Shown: positions 1 to 12,062, counted from the stretch's first letter. The stretch: DNA of 44,387 nucleotides from Octopus bimaculoides (GCF_001194135.2 NC_068982.1:140201502-140245888); one strand, 5' to 3'. Program-made: numbers and translations. Notes: generated from the letters alone by a model not told the origin.

Positions 1-652
1 AAAAATATTAAACAACGAAAAATTTTAAAAACATGCAAAAAGAGAAAACATTTCCAAAAAGCGGAAGAAATAAAATAAACCGTTCGTACTAAAAAAGTTC
101 ATAAAAGAAGGAGAAAGGAAATACAACAGCTCAGAAAGAATAAATAAAAATATAAAGTTCCAGGCAGAATAACAAATTTACAGGCCACAACGGTACTCCG
201 GCCCGATTTGATCCCGGCTCCGCTGCAATCGTCACTTTGCTTTTAAATTTTAAATCCTTTCCGTAGTTCCACGTGGTGTAGTTCAAAGCAAGAGGAAGAA
301 TTTTCTTCAAATATATTAGCTTTCAAAACTTGGTTTGCAAACAATAAATTCCTTTTCTTTTTTAAACAAAGTTCACATTATTTGTTTGTAGTTTTCAAAT
401 CATGGCTTGAAAACAACAAACTTTTACAAATTGAGTTCACAATTTTTGGAGGAGTGATACCTCCAAAACACTCTTCTCACCGCTAAGTGAGACTTTAAGT
501 ACAACCACAGGCAGACAAATGCTTTGGGGTCTTCTGAATACCAAGACTTCTTATATATATATATATACATATATATATGCGTGTGTGTGTGTGTGGGTCC
601 GTTTATATGTATTTGTGTATGCGCATACCAACGCGCACGCACACATATAAAC

Positions 653-830
653 GCAAGTATGACTGGGTAGTAAGTAGATTGCATCTCAAGCACAATCTTT
701 CGGGTCCAGCCCCTCTATTTGTTATATTAGGGAAGTGTATTTTACTATAGACCCGGGCTGAATGAACACTTCGAGGCGGTGCTCCAGAATGGTCGCGATC
801 CGATGAGTGGAATACGTGAAAAGACAAAAA
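653..830 (+). mobile_element. Old, internally shortened tRNA-derived SINE (family A in this annotation)
   Basis: Degenerate versions of the family A head (gcaagtatgactgggtagtaagtag), middle (ggaagtgtattttactatagacccgggc) and tail (aggcggtgctccagaatggtcgc), compared with better copies at 12155 and 26587. Confidence 0.5.
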
Positions 831-1069
831 ATATTTGTTACATATAATGTTCCCTTAATGAAATGTTATTGTCGGATATTTCACTCTACGTGAAATATCC
901 TCTTCAGAGTGTGCAAAAACCACTACAATAGTGAAACGTACGTAGAGAAAAGAGGTCTTCTTGAACCTTAGTTTCTATCTATCAATTGCTTCCCATCCAC
1001 ATTCTTCCGAGTTGAGTTTTCTACTATAACTGAAAGAAACCCGCCATATATATATATATATATATATAA

Positions 1070-1522
1070 CAAAATAAATTTGTAAGGTACTGCACGAGTG
1101 TTAATATATATGAAATAATGTTTGAATATACAATTTTAAAGATGTTTATTCACTTGACCGGCTTCACGTTTTAGAAAACGTTTGGCAAGAGTAAAATGTA
1201 AAGCTTTGTATAAGCTTTGTTGTCTTAAGTACTGGTTGTCACATAAGTATTAAAATACATATATACATTATTTGATAATAATAAGAAAATGTTTAAAACA
1301 GTTTAAAATAAAGTATTCAACAAAAAATATTAGGATTTCAATAAAAATCAGGTTTGTTTGGTAGTATATATATACACAGAAGGAGATATATTTAAGAATT
1401 AAAAAAAAAATTGGAGAGGCACCCACCTGTCTTTTTGACATGTTTTCTCTCTTGTGTGTAGCTAAGGAATGTTTGCTATTTTAAGGGACAGTGTGGGAGG
1501 CTGGTTGAAGTGGGGGAAGGAA
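1070..1522 (-). mobile_element. Possible Penelope-like element relic
   Basis: Minus strand 1151-1190 has a perfect hairpin acgtttt-ct-aaaacgt followed by gaagccggtc, resembling hammerhead stem II plus GAAAC-CG-GTC, but CTGATGA is lost. It directly adjoins the 1523-2002 palindrome. Family assignment is inference. Confidence 0.3.
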
Positions 1523-2002
1523 GAGCAATGTAGAATTAAAAGGATATTTTTGTTTATGGGCTAGTCTACCATGGTTCAGTAGTTTTGGGGACTGGTCTTA
1601 GAGGTCAGAATGGTGTGAGTGTGTGTTCTCTGTGCACGTCTCTATGTGTGTGTGTGTGTACATGTGTTTGTGATTGTGTTTGTGTGTGTGCCGTATTTGA
1701 TTGGTCCCAGTGTTTATTATGGCGTGTGTATATGGGTCTGTGTGTGTTTTATATTTGATAGGAAATGTATACCAAATATAAAACACACACAAACCCATAT
1801 ACACACGCCACAATAAACTCTTGGACCAATCAAAAACGACCCACGCACACAAGCACAAACACATGTAAATACACAGATAGAGACGTGACAGAGACACATA
1901 CACTCACATAATTCTGACCTCTAAGACGAGTCCCAAAAACCAGTGAACCATGACAGACTAGCCCAGAAATAAAAAAAAGATCTTTTTAATTCTATATTGC
2001 TC
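1523..2002. repeat. Long imperfect palindrome (arms about 235 bp, 15-nt spacer)
   Basis: 1523-1757 is the reverse complement of 1773-2002 with scattered substitutions (gagcaatgtagaattaaaagg vs tttttaattctatattgctc; gtgttttatatttg vs caaatataaaacac). Spacer 1758-1772. It also explains the mirrored ORFs 1619+/1717-. Confidence 0.95.
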
Positions 2003-2008
2003 GTAATT

Positions 2009-2681
2009 GGATCTATTTTAAAACGGGGGCGCCAGTTTTCATTTATGTTTTATGTAGTGTTTTTGGTACGGAAAGTCTTTCAAACTTCGTATACTTATCT
2101 ATTTTGTGTTATAGAACAGAAAAATATTTTTGTATTCGAATTTATTTCATGTAAAAAATTGTCTTATTTCGATAATTTCTACTAATCACTGACGTCTATT
2201 CAGTTGAAAACAGTTAGGGCTGTAACGGTGTATATCGTATTAATCCCCTAACCCTAACCCTAACCCTGACTAGACTGTTAACCGTAACCGTAACCCTAAC
2301 CCTAAAACTAACCCTAACTCTAGAATCCGAACTCTAAAATTGTTACACACATAGATACGCACAGCGTAATTTATTATATAAACAATATATGCGTATAAAT
2401 TACGATTAAACCGGATGAAATATGTCACAGGGAATAACATTTTTATGACCGCCCAGCAGTAACTCTATTCAGTTGAATAGACGTCAGTGATTGGTTGAAA
2501 TTACAGAAATACGACAACTTTAACATGGAATAAGTTGCGAATTCCTTTTTTTTTTTTGTTATGAAGACTAAGAGTAAAAGATGTTTTATATGACACATTC
2601 TACCAGTGTCCCAAGTTTCAAAGTGTTTCGTTAGTGTTTCGTTAAGAAAATACTGGCGCCCCCGTTTTAAAATAGATCCCC
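2009..2681. mobile_element. Fold-back MITE with long TIRs and 6-7 bp TSD
   Basis: Terminal ggatctattttaaaacgggggcgccagt (2009-2036) is matched by actggcgcccccgttttaaaatagatcc at the right end. Inverted similarity continues inward to about 2217 / 2460 (aatcactgacgtctattca vs tgaatagacgtcagtgatt). Flanked by gtaatt at 2003-2008 and 2682-2687. Confidence 0.9.
2246..2320. repeat. Telomere-like (CCCTAA)n degenerate array inside the MITE
   Basis: ccctaaccctaaccctaaccctga...accgtaaccgtaaccctaaccctaaaactaaccctaac. Confidence 0.85.
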
Positions 2682-3877
2682 GTAATTAAATGTCTGAAAC
2701 AAATAAAAGATAAAATGTCTATTCCAGCATATTAGAAAAGTGCAAAATGTTTTTGTTGTTCCAGCTTCCGTAACTAATTTTCTTTTTAGAATGTTGGTTA
2801 ATTAAAATGAAATTTCAAAGCAGTACCCTAGCATGGCTGCAGTCTAATGATTGAATTTTTTTAAAAATCATTATTTGTATTGAAGAAATTGTAATGCTTT
2901 CTCTGTCAAACTACTAAAAACGTGGAGGGAAATATATTTTTGCCTGAAACAAAGCAAAGATAATTTCTTCTGATGTTACTATTAGTAAAAATGAAAATCC
3001 CCATGGTGTAAATGCTCCATGTTTTCAAGATTCATATCATGACCGCCACACTTCTGAATGCATGTACCAAATGTACTACCAGATGGTGTAATAGGAATAA
3101 AGGAGAAATAGAAATTTTATTCTTGGCCATCATAGTTATGTAATCTAAAAAGATATATTCTGTTTGGCCCACTTTTGTATAAAGAAACCAACTTAAAGAA
3201 AATATTTCCGTGAGAATATTTTAAAAATCTAAGATTTCCATCTTAACAGTACCTCACCATATTCCCTGGGTGACAATTCAGGATCTTATACATATTTTCC
3301 AGGTGCAGCTTTTTGTGGTGATATTACCAAAAAAATTAAGGCATATGGAATACACACTTGCAATCTTCCATAAGACTGGCTATGTGAACAATATCTAAGT
3401 TTATAGAGTGGAGTGAGAAGTAAAGTAACTTGGTTTCCAAAATAAGTCTCATAGGTGGTCATAAGCAATATGATGGAATCGATATTCTATTAAGGTTGAC
3501 ATGCTTATTGAAATATGTTCAGGCTATAAGTTTTCTATGCGAAAAAGGATTATAGAATTTGATACACCACCGGTAAAGAAAGGAATACTAAAAGTAACTG
3601 TTAAAAAATTGAAACTTAAAGAATAAAAAGTGATTATAAACAATAATAGAAAAATGTATTGTAGCAATGATTTGAAAAGTTGAGAGATATTTAACGCTCT
3701 TCCATTCAAATGGCTTCCTTATCAGTACAGAACAGAGACATGACAGTTCGAAAAGTTATTTGAGTCCAAATACATCAAACGTTAACAACAACAAAGTACA
3801 TTAGCAAATAGTTATGAAAGAAGAGAGCACCCCAAATGATACGTGGGTATAATCGTCGTTTTATTGGGAGCATTATC

Positions 3878-4070
3878 ATCATCATTTACTGTCCAAATTA
3901 CCATACTTGGAAGGGCCTGACGAAGTTTATTGAAGCAGATGTTTTACTGCTGGATGCATTCCTCTTCTGTTTGGAAACAAGGTAATGTTTCATCTTGGCT
4001 AAACGTCTTCACACAATACTGGAAATGAAAAACATTACATTTATGACAGTGAAACTCGCTCACAAAAATC
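3878..4070 (-). mobile_element. Degenerate SINE-like dispersed repeat fragment
   Basis: (cat)n tail followed by gcagatgttttactgctggatgcattcct, similar to RTE-type SINE tails read in reverse. Recognised from memory only. Confidence 0.35.
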
Positions 4071-4180
4071 ATGTGATACCAACACAAAGAACTACAAACT
4101 TATACACACTTAACTCTTTCAGTTTCTGTCTACATATATAAATGTTTGTTTTTATGAATTGCCATACACAAACATATATA

Positions 4181-4234
4181 TGCTCCCGCATGGCCGTAGT
4201 CAAATGACTGAAACAAGTAAAAGAGTAAAAGAAT
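4181..4234 (+). mobile_element. SINE family A 3' tail
   Basis: tgctcccgcatggccgtagtcaaatgactgaaacaagtaaaagagtaaaag is the reverse complement of the tail at 19301-19355. Confidence 0.75.
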
Positions 4235-4910
4235 ACATATAAATCACTATTCATCTAAATGTATACGCAGAAATACACCAAAATTGCGAAATGTTTCGTA
4301 TCTAGAGAATTACTTTCATACGCCACAAAGTAATAAAGAAAGACAATTCAGTTTACAAATTCTAAGACTTTTCATATCGTTTACACCCCAAATATTTCGA
4401 AGTACAAAGATTTTTGACAATTTTTATTCAATTTGCGTTTCAAATAGTTACTAGAATTTGCTCCATTATTTATATGGAGGTAAAAGGATATTTAACACTG
4501 CACTATCACAATTTTGTTTGGTAATATTCACTGAATTTTAACATGCTATGATGAAATACATTATTAATCATTGCCACAGTAAACAATTTTGTAGCTTTGC
4601 TTATGTAATATTGTGTATGCGAGTGTATATCACAAAACATATTACTGATAGTTTATACATATGTGTGGGGATTGTTTGCAATATTGTTAATATTTATATA
4701 AATGCCAGGCATCCTCGCCATAATGCAAATATATAACTCGTATCATAATTAATGTATTCCCTGTCAAATCTAAAAAAAAATTGATGTCAAAATCCGAATC
4801 AAATAGAGGTACTGAACATAATTGAAAAACGTTATATAATTTAGAGGAGGTTAGAACGTCAAACGTGAGACTACACTTCCTGTAAAATATAATCACCGCC
4901 CACCGTTAAC

Positions 4911-5160
4911 TACTCAGATGCGTACACTTGCGCTTGGGGTGCTGGACTCATGATTGCAAGATTGTACGTTCGATTCCCTCACCGGGTGGAGCATTGTGTT
5001 CTTGGACAATACACATATTTTCATATTGCTCTAGTCCACTCTATTGTATATGATTGTTCCTGCAACAGACTGGCGTTCAGCTTAAGGAGTATATTATGAT
5101 CCCGGTCGCTTAAATTGCATGGAAATCCAGTAACTACCCTATGTCCTTTGTCCAATAGAG
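4911..5160 (+). mobile_element. Degenerate tRNA-derived SINE
   Basis: tRNA-like head with B-box gttcgattcc (about 4968-4977), followed by gcattgtgttcttggacaa core. Confidence 0.5.
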
Positions 5161-5344
5161 TGATAATGAAGTTTGGAATTTAATATACAATAATAATTAT
5201 TCAGATATAATATGGATATTATATCCAGATATCAAACATCAACAGCAATAGTTCATTCAGAGGAATTAATCCTGCCATTCATTTCATGGATAAAAATGAA
5301 GAAACATATTGAAAGCAAGATAAGTACGATATAAAGAGAAATTT

Positions 5345-5615
5345 TTAAATAATAATAATGATGATGATGAATATGATGATGATGATGCTGATGATGATGA
5401 CGACGGCGATAATGATGATGATAATGATGATGATGATGAAGATGATGGTGATGAAGATGATGAAGATGAGGAGGATAGTAATAACAATAATATTAATAAT
5501 AATAAGAAGAATATGAAGAGTGGTATTAGTAATAGAAGGAATAGTAGTAATGGTTGTAGTAACGGTGGTGGTGGTGATGGTGGTGATGATGATGGTGGTG
5601 GTGGTAGTAGTAGTC
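5345..5615. repeat. Compound trinucleotide microsatellite (AAT/GAT/GGT/AGT)
   Basis: Runs of aat, gat, ggt and agt. Source of low-complexity ORFs 5284- and 5345-. Confidence 0.9.
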
Positions 5616-5705
5616 GTAATAGCAATTTCAAATTTTGACACAAGCACAGCGACGGCGATTACTGAATACAAATACAGCAATGTCGATTACTGAACATAAA
5701 AATAT

Positions 5706-5870
5706 ATACAGGCGTGTCTGTGTGGTAAAAAGCTTGCTTCCAAACTGCATTGTTCCGTGTTCAGTCACACTATGATGCACCTTAGGTAAGTCTCGTCTGC
5801 TCTAGCCACGGGCCGATCAAAGAACTGCGGCTGGATTTGGTAGACGGAAAATGAAAGAAGCCCGTCGTAT
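5706..5870 (+). mobile_element. SINE family A, 5' half
   Basis: ggcgtgtctgtgtggtaaaaagcttgc...ggatttggtagacggaaaatgaaagaagcccgtcgtata; matches 12155-12330. Confidence 0.85.
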
Positions 5871-5916
5871 AAAGATATACATACGTAGAAAGATATGCAT
5901 ACATATAAAGATATAC

Positions 5917-6001
5917 ATAGGCATAAGAGTGGCTGTGTGGTAAGTGGATTGCTTACCAACCACGTCGTGCCGGGTTCAGTCCCACTGCGTGGCACCTTGG
6001 C
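5917..6001 (+). mobile_element. SINE family A head (tRNA-like)
   Basis: ataggcataagagtggctgtgtggtaag...gggttcagtcccactgcgtggcaccttggg. Confidence 0.85.
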
Positions 6002-7559
6002 ATGCTCTAGTTTGTCTGACAAGTTGTAAATTCCTTAATGTATTGTAATCAAGTGAATAATAACATGCGATGCATAGTTGTTAGCTTATGAGCTTACAAT
6101 TATCCATCGTCGTTCCCAACATTTTTGATTATCTCCCTTATACCGAAAAAATCATGATTACCTACCCCTGTTTCGAACTCTTCTACATCAAACCATAACG
6201 AATAGATGACACCACATCGGTAAATAAATTTGAGAAATTTGTAAATAAAATGCGAAGCCGTTTATTTCTCCCAAAACAATGTCACTGTACACAAAATTTG
6301 ATATCATTTTCCTAAGATTACGATTTAAATATATTTTTAACCATATAATACAAACTTTCTATAGCTTTTTCATTCTATTTTCTTTTTTATACATCCAATC
6401 ATGTACTTTCACATACCAAGTCCCTCACCCTATATATATATATATATNNNNNNNNNNNNNNNNNNNNNNNNNNNNNNNNNNNNNNNNNNNNNNNNNNNNN
6501 NNNNNNNNNNNNNNNNNNNNNNNNNNNNNNNNNNNNNNNNNNNNNNNNNNNNNNNNNNNNNNNNNNNNNNNNNNNNNNNNNNNNNNNNNNNNNNNNNNNN
6601 NNNNNNNNNNNNNNNNNNNNNNNNNNNNNNNNNNNNNNNNNNNNNNNNNNNNNNNNNNNNNNNNNNNNNNNNNNNNNNNNNNNNNNNNNNNNNNNNNNNN
6701 NNNNNNNNNNNNNNNNNNNNNNNNNNNNNNNNNNNNNNNNNNNNNNNNNNNNNNNNNNNNNNNNNNNNNNNNNNNNNNNNNNNNNNNNNNNNNNNNNNNN
6801 NNNNNNNNNNNNNNNNNNNNNNNNNNNNNNNNNNNNNNNNNNNNNNNNNNNNNNNNNNNNNNNNNNNNNNNNNNNNNNNNNNNNNNNNNNNNNNNNNNNN
6901 NNNNNNNNNNNNNNNNNNNNNNNNNNNNNNNNNNNNNNNNNNNNNNNTATATATTCATATATATACATATATGCACACACACATATATAGGGGTTATATT
7001 TCGTATCTGTTATTTGTGACAACATTTCAACATCAATTGATGGCAGCTATTGAAAGAACACTACAATATACGATATTTATTGATTACTACACTTCTGCTA
7101 ATACCGAGTTCATCTGCTGCAATACGTGTCCCTTATCTTTATATAAACTAGAAAACATAGGAATGTATATAGTTTCAGAATACCTTCTAAATATATTTGG
7201 CACATTTATATAAAGGACAACGTAACTAGTATTAAAAAAAACTCTTGGCACCGCTCTACGTATGAAAAATATTGTGATGACCACATGATTGCAAGACGAG
7301 TAAATGGTTAAGTAGGTACATATGTATCGAATACTAAATAATTCTTGCTGTAATACGTGAAGATGCTGCTTATCGATCTGTGCTTAATTCCGAAAGGAAG
7401 AATGTTTTCTGAAATTAAGTTCTAAGTACATAGTTTTGACATCTTAGGGGCATTTAGCTAAACATAAACGTAAACATATTCTCTCCCTCTCCCCATCTCT
7501 CGCTCTCTTTATATGCACATATATACATATACATATATATGTATATACACTTGTATATA

Positions 7560-7598
<39 letters not shown>

Positions 7599-8334
7599 GT
7601 ATATATGCATGCATGTACATATATGTTTAAGTATATAAAAAATATATATGGATATGTATGTATATATTCATGCCATTAAAAGACGATGTGAAATTAAGAT
7701 TTATATAAGAAAATATTGATTGCAAGCTAAGAAAGTTAAGATAGAAATTGCATAAAAACAAATGTGCAAATTATCAAGTGATGAATGCATAAGACACAAA
7801 CGGAAAACAGAAAATATTCAAGATTGATGAAAATTTCTGTAAACATCGAAAATAATAAATAGGTTACAATATGAGAATATACAATAAAAAAAAAATTAAA
7901 CTTCATTTAAATCAGACTGCACTAAATGAACATTAGATTAAATTTATATATAAAAACAAACAAAACATTTAGATATTGTCAGAATGTATATAATGCAAAT
8001 GAAAACACATTACTAAACCAACATTTAAAAATTATCCTCCAAGTCAATGCAAAGATATTTAGAGTATAAACATAGCTTTCGAAAATAAATCAAAGAGAAG
8101 CGTTAGATATAAATTAAAGATGTTTTAAAACCTGTGGAGAACAAAGGAAAATTTTTAGAGGGAAAATTATAACGATATATAAATAAGAACTTTATTTTTA
8201 TTTCGTATTTCATGTAGGAAGTGATATAGAATAAAATTTGAATAGAGGTTAATAACAGATGCTTATTCCTCTACATGAACACACACACGGGTACACACGC
8301 AAACACTTCTTCATATATATATATATACATAGAG

Positions 8335-8365
8335 AGAGAGAGAGTAGATAGATAGATAGATAGAG

Positions 8366-8408
<43 letters not shown>
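8335..8408. repeat. (AG)n/(AGAT)n microsatellite
   Basis: Tandem agat units. Confidence 0.95.
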
Positions 8409-8576
8409 AGTTTACTGAAACATACTGAACAACTCAGAGATAAATGAAAATATATATGCTGTTATCGTAATGAATATAAAATTTTTATTTTACGGCAGAA
8501 CGCTATGACTTTCTTGTCGAAAACACTGACGCCCAAGAGTCATAACAAGAAATGTGACCGCTAGTATTTGTTGTCT

Positions 8577-8947
8577 TGGTAGTGGGTAGCGATTTTCTTC
8601 ACTGCCTCAGAGAGTGACGAACCTGCCTGACACGAGTTCCGGGCTCAGCTGGCTCCAGCTGACAGTACCCGGTATGGGCTCCTATCCATGGTAACGGAAA
8701 GGAGACAATTTTCAAAGAAATCCGGAGTGGAGCCCCGTAGGCAGTTTAGTGTTCGACTCGACACTCTTCCTGCTGCGAACCAAGATGTTGCCAAACCTAA
8801 TGTTCTGCACTCCTTTAGACTACGTCAGGAAGGTCGAGAGAGGAATCCTAACGATTGGGCTACCCAGGATTTTCTTACATCTAACCGAGGCCTGGGCAAA
8901 ATTTGTACCCCAGCTCCATTGTCTCCTGAGACAAAAGGATGCCAACA
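8577..8947 (+). mobile_element. Short non-autonomous RTE-clade retroelement (5'UTR joined to 3' end) with 14-bp TSD
   Basis: Exact direct repeat agtatttgttgtct at 8563-8576 and 8948-8961. Internal aaatccggagtggagcccc (8718-8736) resembles RTE 5'UTRs. The 3' end ccattgtctcctgagacaaaaggatgccaaca has a terminal stem-loop and resembles RTE 3' tails. RTE assignment is from memory of the family. Confidence 0.65.
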
Positions 8948-9363
8948 AGTATTTGTTGTCTAGTATTAAGCAGGAGTTTCAACGTACAGAAAATGATGTA
9001 GTCGTATCTTCTCATTAAATTACTTTCATAAAAGTTGAATGATATTTTAGAAAAATTATATAGCAAAATATAGCTAACAGACATACAAAATATGCGAAGG
9101 AGGTGTTCTATAACTCATATGAAAGGGCGTAAAGAGAAAAAATGGAAACTGCATGTATATCATTAACGTGGACCATCCTAAATAGGATGTTAAAAAAATA
9201 CCAAGATTATGTATATGCATGAATATATGTGAATGTGTGCCCATTGTTTGTTTGTTTATTTGTGTGTGTGTGTGTGTGTGTGTATGTGTGTGTGTGCGTG
9301 TGTGTGTGTGTGGGTGTGTGTGTATGTATGTGTGTGTTAATGAGTATCTGCATATATGTGTAT

Positions 9364-9589
9364 TACGAGGTGGTACTGAAAATCTTCTGGCTTTAGGTAA
9401 AATAAAATACAGGAGGGTCAGTTAATAATGATTTTATTCAGCATATTGCTCTCACATTTGCACACTTACTACAGCGGTTGTTCAGTTTTTCTAAGCCCTG
9501 TAAAAGAACTTGGAAGTTTGGGCGGCCAACCAGTTCTTACGAGATATTCTTAAAACCAAGAAGCCTTCGGTTATATGCTAGGCCTTGTA
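9364..9589. mobile_element. Degenerate mariner-type MITE
   Basis: Left end TA-cgaggtggtactgaaaatcttctggctt resembles mariner TIRs (tacgagggg...tgaaaagtt). Right end aaaccaagaa...ccttgTA is a decayed inverse. Confidence 0.5.
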
Positions 9590-10162
9590 ACAGGGTCACA
9601 AACCCTTCATGGTGTCTAGGGACACAAAATTGACATACAGCGTGCATTGACCAACTGTAGACCAGGCGGAGCTTATCGTCCTTTATATATGATCAGAGTA
9701 CATTTATTATAGAGTGGGAGGAAGATATAGAAATAAAGACATAGTGAAAGAGAAAAATGATCACAGTACAGAATTAATGAAAAGTTAATCGATGACATAT
9801 ATAAGGGGAAAACCTATCAAATTATGATTGAAGTGAAATCTAATTATAGATCAAATAACTACTTGCCATCAACCCAACACTCTCATGCACCTACCAACTA
9901 GATATATCTGTACCTGCCTCTCTGCCTGCCTACATACCAACCTACGCACTTACTTAAATACATCTCTGTCTGTCTGTCTCTCTCGCTCCCCCATCTCTCT
10001 CTCTCTACCTATCTATCTGTCTATCTATTTAGTTCTCTATCTCAATCTACCTGTCTGTCTGTCTATCTATATATCTACCTGACTGTCTTTCTGTTTATGT
10101 ATGAATATAAAATCCAATCAAAGGAAAACAAGTCTCTATACCGCTATAGAAACAGTTACACA

Positions 10163-10319
10163 AAAGGGGAGTTGTACAAGACAAAACCTCGCACACTGGA
10201 GCACTTGGAGACAGATTCAGGACAATCTCAGTGATATCACAGACGACGACCTCCAGAAGGTTCTTCATCCCATCCCTGTCTGTTTGAGGAAATTGCTTGA
10301 TACCGCCTGTGCTTACATC
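10163..10319 (+). mobile_element. Tc1/mariner transposase C-terminal fragment (frameshifted)
   Basis: KGELYKTKPRTLEHLE / QIQDNLSDITDDDLQKVLHPIPVCLRKLLDTACAYI across one frameshift. Fits the Tc1/mariner C-terminal pattern K..VY...P.T...L...I......I....L.........RL.......G..I. Confidence 0.6.
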
Positions 10320-10829
10320 TTTCTCTCCATATATATATATATATATANNNNNNNNNNNNNNNNNNNNNNNNNNNNNNNNNNNNNNNNNNNNNNNNNNNNN
10401 NNNNNNNNNNNNNNNNNNNNNNNNNNNNNNNNNNNNNNNNNNNNNNNNNNNNNNNNNNNNNNNNNNNNNNNNNNNNNNNNNNNNNNNNNNNNNNNNNNNN
10501 NNNNNNNNNNNNNNNNNNNNNNNNNNNNNNNNNNNNNNNNNNNNNNNNNNNNNNNNNNNNNNNNNNNNNNNNNNNNNNNNNNNNNNNNNNNNNNNNNNNN
10601 NNNNNNNNNNNNNNNNNNNNNNNNNNNNNNNNNNNNNNNNNNNNNNNNNNNNNNNNNNNNNNNNNNNNNNNNNNNNNNNNNNNNNNNNNNNNNNNNNNNN
10701 NNNNNNNNNNNNNNNNNNNNNNNNNNNNNNNNNNNNNNNNNNNNNNNNNNNNNNNNNNNNNNNNNNNNNNNNNNNNNNNNNNNNNNNNNNNNNNNNNNNT
10801 ATATATATATATAAAGAGAGAGAGAGAGG

Positions 10830-10845
10830 TAGTTAGGTAGATAGG

Positions 10846-10904
<59 letters not shown>
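10830..10904. repeat. (AGAT)n microsatellite
   Basis: Tandem agat units. Confidence 0.95.
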
Positions 10905-12061
10905 AGAGATGAATATCCTAGTGGGTGAGAACTTACAATGGAGGTGTTCAATGTCCGGGCACTTAGAATGCAATACAACCCTAACGATTAATACAAGAGT
11001 AAATAGTATCTAATGCGTAATATAAAGATCATGGATTTAGTTGTTTTGTGTCTGTCTGTCTGTCTGTCTGTCTGTGTGTTTGTGTGTAGTTTTGTTCTCA
11101 TGAATTATTCATTAACCATTTGTTAGATTACGAAATAAAACACCCGATAGGATGCCATTTTTATACCACTTAACTCTTGATATTTTCTTATAAACATTAA
11201 ATTCATTAGCTACCTAATGAATATTCCGTCAATAATTTGAGGAATCAACTTCGGTTTTAAGAAAATCTTGTCCATGATGCACAGTCTTTCACTCTGTATC
11301 TACATGAAAGGCCAACACCTAATAGAAGATCTTAAGTCTGTCGAGGTGGATGTGAAAATATAATCAAAATGTTAAGATTTCCGCATCTTCCTTAAGACTC
11401 AAAATAACCACCATGTCTGGATTTGCTTAGCATTATAAAACCATGTAGTGGTTTCTCCCAGAACATAAAAATTGAAATGGAGCATCCAGGCCTCAGATCT
11501 TGTGTTCTTACAGTTATTCAATCCGCTATGTATGTATGTTACTTGTCGAATTGATAGAAAGCAGTCTTTATGTTGGTGAGCAAGCAAACGTAAACATTGT
11601 CAGTATATAAGCCCCGATCGGATTGTGTAGCTATGTTGTAATCATGCTTTCCCAAGAAACACAGCGTTAAGCAAATGGTGAGAGTCAGCCACTGAGGCTC
11701 ACAGCATACGCTGCACGAAGCGTTACGAACTTTTCTCTCATTTTAGGGTGATAAAGAAAGAATGTTTCTGATAAGACTATAATAAATGATCTGAAGACTT
11801 AGGGATGAGACCGGAGGTCAAGCTGCAAAGAGATCAAATCGATGTTACGTAAGGCTTTCACAAGCAAGTTTATGAACCGATTCCAAATGTATCACCCACA
11901 TGCTATTTATTAAGGTGCACGCACACACACACATGCATGCAATCCCGCATGCAATCACGTGTGTACGCATGCATGCCCGCACGCACACGACACAGAGGTG
12001 CGGAAATACATTTGCTTGTCTGATTGTCACTGTGTATATATACATATACACATATATATGC

Positions 12062-12062
12062 A

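Noticed and set aside
2246-2320. Telomeric repeats as a chromosome end or fusion site
   Set aside because: Short, degenerate and enclosed within MITE inverted arms.
2985-3455. Protein-looking minus-strand frame of about 157 codons with five stops, and similar plus-strand fragments
   Set aside because: No recognisable family motif; the stop deficit is not convincing after considering six frames and many windows.
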